DNA from: Sumerlaeia bacterium
GTDB taxonomy: Bacteria; Sumerlaeota; Sumerlaeia; SLMS01; JAHLLQ01
Direction: 5' to 3'
Assembly (NCBI GenBank): GCA_040219255.1
Contig: JAVJSW010000083.1
Span: forward strand, 1-43,746
Length of the DNA: 43,746 bases
Shown here: positions 8,284-17,223 of the stretch, one piece after another
How positions within the stretch are numbered: position 1 is the stretch's first letter
Layout: each line of letters starts with the position of its first letter
Translations under genes and position numbers: made by a program
Notes under the pieces: generated by a model
The model's input: only the letters and a program-made list of their open reading frames with translations
What the model was told of the DNA's origin: nothing
Databases searched by the model: none

Positions 8284-9576
8284 ATGGCCAAGAAGGCGAC
8301 CTCGAAGAAGGCTTCCCCCAACAGAACGACCACCAAGAACTCGACGAAGGGCGCGAAGTCTTCGAAGAAAGTGGCGCAAGCCGCCAAGGCCAAGGTCAAG
8401 AAAACCGCCGCCGGCGGCACGACCCAGAAACAGGCCGCCGCCACCGAGACCACCGCCCTGGTCAAGTGGGCCCGCAAGCCCGTGCGCAGCATCGCCATCC
8501 TGACCGGTGGCGGCGATTGCCCGGGCCTGAACGCCGTGATCCGCGCCGCCGCCAAGAGCGCCATGTATGAGTACGACCTCAAGGTCTACGGCATCCACGA
8601 TGGCTTCCACGGCTTGATCTATCGCAACTGCGAGGAGTTGAAACCCCACCACGTCTCGGGCATTCTGACCCTCGGCGGCACGATCTTGGGCAGCAGCAAC
8701 AAGGACAATCCCTTTGCCCACACCATGAAGATCGACGGCGAGACCAAGCGCGTCGATGTGTCCGACGAGTGCATCGATTACATGAAGGTCATGGGTTTCG
8801 ACGCCCTGATCGCCATCGGGGGCGACGGCACCCAGAACATGGCCTACCAGTTCTACAAGAAAGGCGTCCCCGTCGTCGGCGTGCCGAAGACCATCGACAA
8901 CGACCTGATGGCGACGGACCGGACCTTTGGGTTTTCGACGGCGGTGGAAACCGCCACGGAAGCCATCGACCGCCTGCACACCACCGCCATGGCCCACCAT
9001 CGCGTCCAGATCGTCGAGATCATGGGGCGTTACGCCGGATGGCTGACGCTGCACGCGGGGGTAGCCGGCGGGGCCGACGTGATTCTGATTCCGGAAATCG
9101 AGTACGACCTCGACGTCGTGAGCGAGTACTGCCTGTCGCGCTCGCGCCATGGGAAGCGCTTCACGATCATCGCCGTTAGCGAGGGCGCCAAACCGCAAGG
9201 CGGCCAGATGACGATTTCGAAAGTCGTCGCGGACAGCCCGGACCCGATCCGGCTCGGCGGCATCGGCGGCGTCCTGGCCGAGCTGATCCAGAGCAAAACC
9301 GGCCTGGAAGCCCGCGCCACGACCCTCGGCCACCTGCAACGCGGGGGGTCGCCGGACGCTAATGATCGCGTTCTGGCGACGCGGTTCGGCCATCACGCGG
9401 TCGAGATGATTATGCGCGGCGAGTTCGGCCACATGGCCGCGCTCCATGGCAGCGACATCAGTTCGGTGCCGCTGGCCGATGCCATCAGCAAACTCAAAGT
9501 GGTCCAGCCCGGCATCGACCCGGTGGTCAAGGCCGCCCGGGCCGTCGGCACCTGCTTCGGAGACGAAATGCCGTGA
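8284..9576 (+). CDS. pfkA: 6-phosphofructokinase (group III-like) with a Lys/Ala-rich N-terminal extension
   Basis: Motifs ILTGGGDCPGLNAVIR, GGTILGS, IGGDGT, PKTIDND, EIMGR and LGHLQRGG. Confidence 0.95.
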   Translation: MAKKATSKKASPNRTTTKNSTKGAKSSKKVAQAAKAKVKKTAAGGTTQKQAAATETTALVKWARKPVRSIAILTGGGDCPGLNAVIRAAAKSAMYEYDLKVYGIHDGFHGLIYRNCEELKPHHVSGILTLGGTILGSSNKDNPFAHTMKIDGETKRVDVSDECIDYMKVMGFDALIAIGGDGTQNMAYQFYKKGVPVVGVPKTIDNDLMATDRTFGFSTAVETATEAIDRLHTTAMAHHRVQIVEIMGRYAGWLTLHAGVAGGADVILIPEIEYDLDVVSEYCLSRSRHGKRFTIIAVSEGAKPQGGQMTISKVVADSPDPIRLGGIGGVLAELIQSKTGLEARATTLGHLQRGGSPDANDRVLATRFGHHAVEMIMRGEFGHMAALHGSDISSVPLADAISKLKVVQPGIDPVVKAARAVGTCFGDEMP

Positions 9577-11162
9577 GCCAGGCCTTCGCCTCCGCCGCCG
9601 CCGAGGAAAGCCGCCAGCAATGGCTCGAAGCGCACGAGCGCTTTGGCGAGGATTTGCGCCGGCGCCTCGGCCGCGCGGCCACACCGGAGTGGGCCGAAGC
9701 CGTGGCGGAGGAAGAACCGCTGCCCCTCGACGAGCGCCTCGTCCAGGCCATCTGGAACGATCAGCTCCTCAGGGCCGACGAACTGCGCACCGCCAGCGGC
9801 AAGCGCCTGGAAGTCATCGAGCCGGGGCGCTGGAACACCTCGCGCGGGCCGGATTTCCTGGGCGGGCGCGTGCGCATCCTGGGCCAGGACGAACCGGGCG
9901 ACGTGGAAATCCACATCCGCTCGGCCGACTGGCGCAACCACGGCCACCATCAGGACTTCGAATACAACAACGTCGTGCTCCACGTTTCGCTGCACGCCAG
10001 CGACGACCGGCCTTTCGACGAGAAGCAGAACGGCGCCCGGCTCGAACGCCTGATCCTTGAGCCCTTCCTCGAACCCGACCTGGATACGATCCGGCGGACG
10101 CTGAACCCGGACGATTACCCCTACGGCCGCCCCGCCGAGGAGGGGCTCTGCGCGCGGCAGTTCCTGGCGCTGAAGGAAACGGACGCGCGGGCCTTCCTGC
10201 GCTCCGCCGGGCGCGCCCGCATCGAAGACAAAATCGCCCGCTTCCACGCCCAGCTCGCCTCCTCCGACCCGCTCCAACTCCTCTACCAGAGCCTCATGGT
10301 CGGCCAAGGCTTCAAATCCAATAAGACTCTCTACTTCCTGCTCAGCAAACGGGCGCCGCTGCGCGAGATGATGGACTACGCCCAGGACGTCGCGCCCCAC
10401 GAACGCCCGGACCTCTACCTGAGTATCCTCCTCAACGTCGCCCAACTGATCCCGCCGGGCGCCGATTTGCTGCCGGAAACGGACCCGGAGACGGCGGCTC
10501 TGCGCGAGCGCCTCGGGCGCCATTGGCGCCTCGTGCGCGGGTACTACGCCGACCGGCTCCTGCCCCCGACGAAGCGCTGGTACGCCGGCATGCGGCCACC
10601 CGGGTTCCCGGGCCGGCGCCTCGCGGCCATGAGCATCCTCCTGGGCCGCCTGGCGGACCCCGATGCGCCCCTCTTCGAGGTCTTCGCCAACCGCCTCGAA
10701 CGCCTCCCCCTCGACCTCGACGCCAAGGGCTGGAAGGCGTTCTTCGCCGAATGGACCGAGCAGTTGACCGTCGATGCGCCCGATCACTATTTCGCCACCC
10801 ACTTCACGATCGGCGGCAAGCCCGCCAAGCCCCAGGCGCTGCTCGGCGAACCGGCGGCCAAGTCGAACTTCTTCAACGTGCTGCTGCCGCTCGCCGTCCT
10901 CAAGGCCCGCGTCGAACGGCGCCGCGATCTGGAAAAACGCGCCTGGATGGCGATCCAGACCTACCCGGCGCTGACGGCGAATTCGGTGACGAAGTTCATG
11001 AAGAAGCGGCTCTTCGCCGAATCGGGCCGGGACCAAGCTTTCTTCCGCACCGAGCTGATGCAGCAGGCGCTTTTCAAAGTCTTCCAGGACTGCTGCGCCC
11101 ATAACGAGCGCACCTGCGAGGACTGCACCTTCCTCTGCCCGCCGTACCGGCCGCCGGGGTAA
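9573..11162 (+). CDS. DUF2851-family protein
   Basis: PG.WN...GPDF, GDVEIH..S.DW..HGH..D..YNNVVLHV and RP.GFP.RR, with a C-terminal Cys cluster. GTGA overlap with the pfkA stop. Confidence 0.85.
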   Translation: MSQAFASAAAEESRQQWLEAHERFGEDLRRRLGRAATPEWAEAVAEEEPLPLDERLVQAIWNDQLLRADELRTASGKRLEVIEPGRWNTSRGPDFLGGRVRILGQDEPGDVEIHIRSADWRNHGHHQDFEYNNVVLHVSLHASDDRPFDEKQNGARLERLILEPFLEPDLDTIRRTLNPDDYPYGRPAEEGLCARQFLALKETDARAFLRSAGRARIEDKIARFHAQLASSDPLQLLYQSLMVGQGFKSNKTLYFLLSKRAPLREMMDYAQDVAPHERPDLYLSILLNVAQLIPPGADLLPETDPETAALRERLGRHWRLVRGYYADRLLPPTKRWYAGMRPPGFPGRRLAAMSILLGRLADPDAPLFEVFANRLERLPLDLDAKGWKAFFAEWTEQLTVDAPDHYFATHFTIGGKPAKPQALLGEPAAKSNFFNVLLPLAVLKARVERRRDLEKRAWMAIQTYPALTANSVTKFMKKRLFAESGRDQAFFRTELMQQALFKVFQDCCAHNERTCEDCTFLCPPYRPPG

Positions 11163-11168
11163 AGGGGG

Positions 11169-12182
11169 CTACCCCTCGCCCCGAATCGCCCGCCGGTCCA
11201 CGCCGCCGGGTTCCGGCTCGCCCGCCGAGGTGCGTTGAACCTTCTCGCGGTACATGCGATGGTCCGCTTCGCGTAGCAGTACGTCCAACCCTTGCGGGTT
11301 CTCCGGATTGTAAAGCGCCGAGCCGATACTGAGCGACGCCATGTGCGTGGCGTCGCCATGGAGCTGATACTCCCGCAAATCTGCGTGGAGGCGCGCGATC
11401 AGTTCGTCGCCGTCTTCCGTCCCGTGAACCAGAGCGGCGGCGCCGAACTCGTCGCCGCCCAGGCGCGCCACCACATCGCGATAGCGCAGCGCCGACGTCA
11501 AGAAGCGGGCGGCGGCTTGAAGAGAGCGGTCCCCCGCCTCGTGGCCGAAGAGATCGTTCGTGGACTTCAACCCGTCCAGATCGGCGAAGAGCACCAGCAC
11601 CCGCTGGCCCTCGGCGTCGGCGCGCGCCTTCAACAGCTCATAGGCCCGGACGAATCCGCGGCGGTTGAACAGCCCGGTCAGTTCATCGCGAAAGGATTGA
11701 TGGGTCAGCCGCGCCACCGTGCGTTGGCGCCGCAGTGCGAAACGCAGACTGCGCGCCAGGCGTCTGGGAGTCAGTTCCTCCCAGATCAGCAATTCGTCGA
11801 TGCCGGTCTCGATGGCCAGTTCCTCGAGCGCGGCGTCCTCCTCGCGGCAGACCAGCAGAAATCCGCAGGCGTGCGAACGAGTCGAGACTTCCTGGATCGC
11901 GATCAGGAAATCGCGCGCCAACGCCGGATGCGTGCACCCATTATAGATGCAAAGGTCCCAGTGGCTTTGCTGCAAAGACTCCACCGCTTTTTTGATGCTC
12001 CAGACTTCTTGAAACACCATTTGGAGCCTGCCCGCCAGAGCCGAGAGCGGGTGCGCCATGCGATACAGATCGGAGGGAACCGGTTCCACCAGGAGCACCC
12101 TGGCGGCGGAGATCGGCCTCGCGTGCTCCATCGAACCGATTTCTGTGACAGCCGAAGCACCGTCCCCGAGAGGAACCCTCAT
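11169..12182 (-). CDS. Diguanylate cyclase with a degenerate receiver-like N-domain
   Basis: DELTGLFNRRGF, DLDGLKSTND.FGHEAGD, RxxD I-site (RYRD) and intact RLGGDEF. Start uncertain (12257, 12182 or 12131). Confidence 0.9.
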   Translation of the reverse strand: MRVPLGDGASAVTEIGSMEHARPISAARVLLVEPVPSDLYRMAHPLSALAGRLQMVFQEVWSIKKAVESLQQSHWDLCIYNGCTHPALARDFLIAIQEVSTRSHACGFLLVCREEDAALEELAIETGIDELLIWEELTPRRLARSLRFALRRQRTVARLTHQSFRDELTGLFNRRGFVRAYELLKARADAEGQRVLVLFADLDGLKSTNDLFGHEAGDRSLQAAARFLTSALRYRDVVARLGGDEFGAAALVHGTEDGDELIARLHADLREYQLHGDATHMASLSIGSALYNPENPQGLDVLLREADHRMYREKVQRTSAGEPEPGGVDRRAIRGEG

Positions 12183-12345
12183 CGCATCTCGAAGTCCTTT
12201 GGGCGAACTGGAGGTTGATTGCGGACGAGTTAAAAAAAGCAGCCGCGGCTGAGCCACGGCAAGGCAATTATTTATTGGAACGGTGGAAACTAAAGTTAAG
12301 AACGCCCGGCAATGTGGGATAACACCGAGGCGAATTGATGTTTAT

Positions 12346-13215
12346 TCATTCGACCTCGACGCGCGTCGGATATTCTTCTTCCACATCGACGCCCAGGCGC
12401 TCGAGCGCCAGCCGCGCCGTCATCCCCAGGGTCAACTGGTTCGCCGCGTCGTTGAGCTGCGCCTTGAAAATTTCCGACTGCCGCGTCTCATCCGTCGGCA
12501 TCTTCACCGGCACCAGACGGCTCTCCACGACTTCGCGGTAGAGCGCCCGGGCCTGATCAAGGCGGCCCTGGAATTCCGCGTTCCGCGCCATCGCCAGCTT
12601 CGCCTCCGCCGCGATGAAGCTGTCGCCCGCCACATCCTGCACTCGCTGGTAGGTATTCATCGCCTCGTTCAGGTAATCCACGTCGTTCGTCAGGAAGTAG
12701 GCGTTCTCGTTCGCATAGCCCAGCGCCAGCAGCCCCTTGGCCTCGCTGAAGTCGTCGTCCACCTCCGCCAGGTATTGGGTGTAGGCGCGGATGGCCGCTT
12801 CGGTGTTCGGGATGCCGCCGCCCTGAACGCCCGTCACCAGATCGTCGCCCTTGGCGTAATGCGCGTCGCCGATCAGGAACAACGCTTCGTCGCTCAAAGG
12901 ATGATCGGGGTACTGGGCGCGAAGGTCCTCCGCCAGGGTGACGACCTGATTCATCGCGGTGGCGCGCTCGGCGCTGCCCCATTCGGTCGTGGCGATACCG
13001 TTCTGGTAATCGCTCAGCGCCGCCGCGTAAATATCGTTCACCGCGACGATTTCGTTCTGCTTGCTTTGATGAAAGAAAGACCAGGCGGACCACACCAGCG
13101 CCGCGACGGCCGCCGCCACCAGGATCGGCGTCATCAGCGCCTTGATACGCTCCATGCCTTCGTCTTGCATCGTGTGGCGCTGGAGAGAGTCTTTTTCGAG
13201 TCGAATGTCAGCCAT
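12346..13215 (-). CDS. Membrane-anchored TPR protein (YfgM-like architecture)
   Basis: N-terminal TM (ILVAAAVAALVWSAWSFF) followed by TPR-like helices (YPDHPLSDEALFLIGDAHY; AKLAMAR..E.QG..DQARALY). The upstream ORF extension overlaps rnpB, so the start is set at ATG 13215. Confidence 0.75.
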   Translation of the reverse strand: MADIRLEKDSLQRHTMQDEGMERIKALMTPILVAAAVAALVWSAWSFFHQSKQNEIVAVNDIYAAALSDYQNGIATTEWGSAERATAMNQVVTLAEDLRAQYPDHPLSDEALFLIGDAHYAKGDDLVTGVQGGGIPNTEAAIRAYTQYLAEVDDDFSEAKGLLALGYANENAYFLTNDVDYLNEAMNTYQRVQDVAGDSFIAAEAKLAMARNAEFQGRLDQARALYREVVESRLVPVKMPTDETRQSEIFKAQLNDAANQLTLGMTARLALERLGVDVEEEYPTRVEVE

Positions 13216-13443
13216 GGTGATCGTGTCTTTGAGAGGCCGGTTGAACCGCGCATCGAAGCGGCAGGCGGCGGGATTGAAAGCAGTCCGGTACAAGGAGGCT
13301 TCGCGAGCCCTTCGGTACAAGGGCGCGAACGTTACGTCCGCCCCCTCCGCATCGGCAAGCCGAAAGCGGACGCGGACCCCGGCTTCTTTTGTTTCGCGTA
13401 ATTTTCTCCTTGCCTCCCGGCGCACCCTGGGCGACACTCCTTG

Positions 13444-13857
13444 CGAACGGTCGGGCGATGTGATCGCTCGGGGAGCCGCGTGCCTTAACCAGCCGTGGCC
13501 ATCCCCGGGAGGAAAGTCCGAACTCCACAGGACAGGGTGCTTGTTAACGGCAAGGCGGGGTAACCCGACGGAAAGTGGCACAGAAAACACACCGCCGATG
13601 GCTGGCCTTCGGGCCTTCACAGGTAAGGTTGAAAAGGTGCGGTAAGAGCGCACCAGCGTCCTGGCGACAGGGCGGCTAGCCAAACCCCACCCGGAGCAAG
13701 GCCAAATAGAGGGGCAGAGCCGGTCCGGCTCGCTAAGACCCCCGGGTAGGCTGCTCGAGATCCCCGGCAACGCGGATCCTAGAGGAATGATCACAGGCGC
13801 TGACGGTGCTCCACCACCCAGGCGTCACAAAATTCGGCTTATGAGGCCGGCCGTTCG
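13444..13857 (+). ncRNA. rnpB: RNase P RNA, bacterial type A
   Basis: Universal motifs GAGGAAAGTCCGAACTC, ACAGAAA, GGTGCGGTAAGAGCGCACC, AAACCCCACCCGGAGCAAG and ACAAAATTCGGCTTA. The ends cgaacggtcgg / ccggccgttcg pair as P1, followed by a T-run. Confidence 0.96.
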
Positions 13858-13885
13858 TTTTTTTTCTGTTTCAAAAGAAGGGTGT

Positions 13886-14308
13886 ATGCCTCAAACGCCT
13901 GTATTTCTCTACCGTGACGAGGATGGGACGGTGCCGTTGCTGGATTGGTTGCTTAGCCTTAAGCCAAAAGCCCAAATCAAGTGCCTCAACCAAATCGCCT
14001 CTCTCGCGCACTTCGGTCATGAATTGCGAAGACCGGCGGCCGACATCCTGCGTGATCGGATCTACGAACTCCGTGTGAAGCATGAGAGCGTCAACTTGCG
14101 CATGCTGTACTTTTTTGATGGCCGCGAGGCGGTACTGGTTTCTCACGGCTTGACGAAAGAAAAGCAGATTCCGCCGAAGGAGATTGACCGGGCGATACAG
14201 AACCGGGAAAATTACCTTGAGGATCGTGAGGGGCGAAGAGTCGGCAGGTCGTTCCTTGAGACTCTCGGTGCAGATTTCGCGAAGGAGCAAGCCGATGAGA
14301 CCGAATAG
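13886..14308 (+). CDS. RelE/HigB-type toxin (Gp49/DUF891-like)
   Basis: Y.DEDG..P..DWL..L, G..LRRP.AD.LRD.IYELR, LRMLYFF and HG.TK...IP.KEI.RA match the HigB/Gp49-like pattern. Confidence 0.85.
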   Translation: MPQTPVFLYRDEDGTVPLLDWLLSLKPKAQIKCLNQIASLAHFGHELRRPAADILRDRIYELRVKHESVNLRMLYFFDGREAVLVSHGLTKEKQIPPKEIDRAIQNRENYLEDREGRRVGRSFLETLGADFAKEQADETE

Positions 14309-14681
14309 CTTTTCCCTTCACAGATTGCTGGCACTCGCGATCGAAGACGCCACCGATACGGACGAACCCGGTTCCCAAGAACTCAGGCAAGAGTTCGAGA
14401 AGGGACGGCTGGCGATGGAACTCGACAAGGCCAGGGAAGCCAACCGCCTGACTTGGGAGCAAATCGCTGCAGGTGCCGCCCTTTCGGTGGAAGCCCTGCA
14501 CGACCTGGATGACGGCGACTACGACGGCCTGTCGCGGCAGGAACTGGAGCGCGCCATCGAATTCTGTCAGAAAGCGGATCGTCAGGGCACTGAGCCAAGC
14601 AGCTTGTGGAGCGGCGAACTGCCCGGATTATCCGCTCGCTTCGTCTGTGGACTGCTGGTTTCGGAAGGGCGTCGAGCATGA
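14295..14681 (+). CDS. HigA-like XRE/HTH antitoxin (divergent)
   Basis: Overlaps the toxin 3' end. LAMELDKAREANRLTWEQIA...LDDGDYDGLSRQELER resembles HigA HTH domains. Confidence 0.7.
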   Translation: MRPNSFSLHRLLALAIEDATDTDEPGSQELRQEFEKGRLAMELDKAREANRLTWEQIAAGAALSVEALHDLDDGDYDGLSRQELERAIEFCQKADRQGTEPSSLWSGELPGLSARFVCGLLVSEGRRA

Positions 14682-14911
14682 AAGTTATCAAGAAGGGACG
14701 CGATGAGGTTCTTGGCGAATTGGAGGAGCAAACGCGCCGCATCACCAACAGCAAACCGGGCGAGTATCTCCTCCTGCAAGATGACGAAGGTCAGGTTCTC
14801 CTCGTCGCGGCGGGCCGCATTTACACTCCTTTTACCGGGAAGTCTCGGTGGCAGGGCAATCGGCTTCAGGTTCAAGCGGGCTCTGTCGTGGAAGTAGCGC
14901 CCGCAGAATAG
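14678..14911 (+). CDS. Small hypothetical protein (77 aa), third gene of the TA operon
   Basis: ATGA overlap with the antitoxin stop. MKVIKKGRDEVLGELEE... has a beta-rich pattern. Confidence 0.6.
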   Translation: MKVIKKGRDEVLGELEEQTRRITNSKPGEYLLLQDDEGQVLLVAAGRIYTPFTGKSRWQGNRLQVQAGSVVEVAPAE

Positions 14912-14927
14912 TTCCGCTCCCCCTACC

Positions 14928-15476
14928 CTACCCCTTCACCTCCACCTTCACCCGCTTCACAGAAATCCCCCGCGGCAGCCGCACGCGCAGGATTCCGAAT
15001 TCATACTCCGCGCTCACCTGATCCTCGTCGATCTGCACCGGCAGGTCCACCGTCCGCAGGAACGGGCCGTCGGCGTACTCGCGCTTGTGCAACTTCGCCT
15101 TGTGGGTGCTCGGGCGGTCGCCCGAGATCGTGACCCGGCTCTTGGCCACGGAAATGTCGACCGACGCGGGATCGGCGCCGGGAATCGCCGCCTCGATCCA
15201 GAACGCCTCGTCGTCCTCGCTCACGTTCACCAGAGGCATCATCGAATTCGCCCGGTGACCCGCCGGCGGCGTGTGCACCTCCGGTGGTTCGGCGGCGTGG
15301 GGAGCCTCCGCCGTGCCGTTTCCGCGAGGCGAAGCCCGGTATTCCGGCGCCGGCGGAGCCCCCGCCCGGCCGCCCGTCTGCTCGCGCACCGACTCCTTGA
15401 TCTCATCCGCCACCGAACGCACGTTCTGATAAATGGCGTTCAGTTCCCGCAGGAAATCTTTCGTGTTCTTGTCCAT
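14928..15476 (-). CDS. Hsp20/alpha-crystallin small heat-shock protein
   Basis: PLVNVSEDDEAFWIEAAIPG, G.F.RTV.LP and A.YE.GIL.V.LP. GGAGGG RBS upstream. Confidence 0.92.
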   Translation of the reverse strand: MDKNTKDFLRELNAIYQNVRSVADEIKESVREQTGGRAGAPPAPEYRASPRGNGTAEAPHAAEPPEVHTPPAGHRANSMMPLVNVSEDDEAFWIEAAIPGADPASVDISVAKSRVTISGDRPSTHKAKLHKREYADGPFLRTVDLPVQIDEDQVSAEYEFGILRVRLPRGISVKRVKVEVKG

Positions 15477-15590
15477 AGGTTCGGTCCCTCCGTTGCCGCG
15501 GCCTGACGCGGCGCAATCTCTACGCCAGAAACCGTCGCCTATTCACGGCACTTTGACAATTCCGAAAGATTGCCGGGAGCCGCTCGAAAT

Positions 15591-15641
15591 CCCACACCGT
15601 TAAAACCCACAGGTTTAACCGCCGTTTGTCACGCGCCAACG
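15591..15641 (-). repeat. 51-bp dispersed repeat (family C), copy 1
   Basis: 46/51 identical (manual alignment) to the reverse complement of 41049-41099. Confidence 0.85.
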
Positions 15642-15714
15642 ATCCAGACTTCGCCTAGGCTGCCATCGAATTCCGACCCGGAAAGGGCAGCCACCCTCAT
15701 GGACCCCCACGCTT

Positions 15715-16893
15715 TCAGGTCCGACTGTTCGCCTTCAGAATCGCCAGCAGCAACCCATCCGATACCAACCAGCCCCGCGGCGTCAGGCGGGCGACCTCGC
15801 CTTCCCGGACCACGAAGCCCTCGCGCACGGCGGCCTTTCCGGCGGGGGAGTCCAGCCACGAGAAAAAGCGCTCCGCCGCCGGGGACTCGCCCTCGCGGAA
15901 CCCTTCCTCGCGCCGCAGGCCACAGAACAGCGCCTCCTCCATCGCCACCTCCGGCGAGAGTTCCTCGGGCGCCGTGCGGTAAAGCGCATCCGCGGCCAGC
16001 GCCTGCTGCCATCCCGTCAGGTCCTCGGGCACCGACCAGCGCCGCGCGCCCAGCGACGAATGCGCCCCCGGCCCGCACCCCACCACGTCGGCCCGGGTCC
16101 AGTAGCGTTGGTTGTGGCGCGACCGAAAACCGGGGCGAGCGAAGTTGCTGATTTCGTAGTGCTCGAACCCGGCGCCGCGCAGGAACTCGCTGCCCCACAG
16201 GTACATCTCGGCCTGTTCGTCGTCCTTCGGCAGGGTCAGCACCCCCGCCTCCGCCTCGCGGTGGAACGGCGTGCCTTCGTGCAGCGTCAGGCCATAGAAG
16301 CTGACGTGCTCGGGCGCGAGAGCGACGGCGGCACGCAGGTTCTCCCGCCACGCCGCCATGTCCTGACCCGGCAGCGCGAACATCAAGTCGAGCGACAGGT
16401 TCCCGAACCCGGCCGCCCGGGCGTTGGCCACGGCGCGGTGGATGGTTTCCGGCGCGTGAAGGCGTTCGAGGCGGGCGAGATCGCGCTCGGCGAAGGACTG
16501 GACGCCGATCGAAAGCCGATCAATCCCCGCGGCGCGCCACTTCGCCGCCCGCTCCGGCGTCAAATTCTCCGGGTTCGCCTCCAGCGTCACCTCCGGCTCG
16601 GCGGGCGAGGCGGGATGGCGGCTGCGGAGGAGCGCGATCAACTCCGCCACATCGGCGGGGCGGAGCGTGCTCGGCGTTCCGCCGCCGAAATAGATGGTCT
16701 CCAGCGGCCGCGCCGCCAACCCTGCCTCGGCATCGAGCAGCAGCAAGTGCTCACGAGCCAGCAGGCCCGGGTACTCGAGCCGCTCGCGCGAGGAACGGTC
16801 CCGCAACTCCAGCACGTAGAAGTCGCAGTAGGGGCAATGGTGTTTGCAGAAGGGAACGTGGAGGTAAAGGCCGAGTGTCATGGTGTTTTGCAT
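15715..16893 (-). CDS. hemW: Radical SAM heme chaperone HemW
   Basis: LYLHVPFCKHHCPYCDF (CxxxCxxC), YFGGGTPS, EANP, YEISNF and HNQRYW. Confidence 0.92.
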   Translation of the reverse strand: MQNTMTLGLYLHVPFCKHHCPYCDFYVLELRDRSSRERLEYPGLLAREHLLLLDAEAGLAARPLETIYFGGGTPSTLRPADVAELIALLRSRHPASPAEPEVTLEANPENLTPERAAKWRAAGIDRLSIGVQSFAERDLARLERLHAPETIHRAVANARAAGFGNLSLDLMFALPGQDMAAWRENLRAAVALAPEHVSFYGLTLHEGTPFHREAEAGVLTLPKDDEQAEMYLWGSEFLRGAGFEHYEISNFARPGFRSRHNQRYWTRADVVGCGPGAHSSLGARRWSVPEDLTGWQQALAADALYRTAPEELSPEVAMEEALFCGLRREEGFREGESPAAERFFSWLDSPAGKAAVREGFVVREGEVARLTPRGWLVSDGLLLAILKANSRT

Positions 16894-17028
16894 TCAACCT
16901 AAAGTGTAAAGGTGCGAAGGGACTGGGGCGAGAGGTGATGGGTGGGGAGAAAAACGTTTTGTGAGGATTCAGATTGTATTCTTATGGAAGAGTTCTTTTG
17001 ATTCATGTAACTTCTCTCGCATCAATCG

Positions 17029-17054
17029 TCTCTGTGTTCTCTGTGGCTCCGTGG
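17029..17054 (-). repeat. CACAGAG-type repeat (family A)
   Basis: tctctgtgttctctgtggctccgtgg is the reverse complement of ccacggagccacagagaacacagaga. Confidence 0.65.
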
Positions 17055-17096
17055 AGAGCTTTCTTGCGGGATCGGCCGACCGGCGCCGCTCCGTAA

Positions 17097-17223
17097 GTCT
17101 GTTTTGTCTGACAAGTGTATTATGTCCTTTTTGTTCCCGAAGCTCCACATGAGGGGACAAACCGACAGCCCTGTGTAACCCTTCCTCCATCACGCGTGAC
17201 CCACTAGGAACCACCCGCCATGA
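17097..17223 (+). repeat. About 125-bp dispersed element (family B), copy 1
   Basis: The first 66 bp are 60/66 identical to 29438-29503, including a 32-bp identical core. Similarity continues to AGGA..cccgccATGA. Confidence 0.88.

Noticed and set aside
13216-13794. N-terminal 193-aa extension of ORF 12346..13794, and ORFs 13142..13645 and 13208..13528
   Set aside because: They overlap the RNase P RNA gene and its promoter region, so they are spurious translations.
13830-14930. rnpB used as an integration site for the TA cassette
   Set aside because: No convincing duplication of the rnpB 3' end and no integrase was found. There is only a chance-level TCGGCTT match near 14860.
15545-15575. 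CIRCE element upstream of hsp20 (GGCACT...ATTGCC)
   Set aside because: Spacing and sequence do not match TTAGCACTC-N9-GAGTGCTAA.
17101-17130. Resemblance of elements B and C to Xer dif sites (TTATGT; GTGCGGTTAA)
   Set aside because: The arm spacing or the second arm does not fit the 11-6-11 dif consensus, and the match is not kept in both copies.
17131-17162. 32-bp identical hairpin repeat considered as a CRISPR repeat
   Set aside because: There are only two copies, 12 kb apart, with conserved flanks. There is no spacer array and no cas genes.
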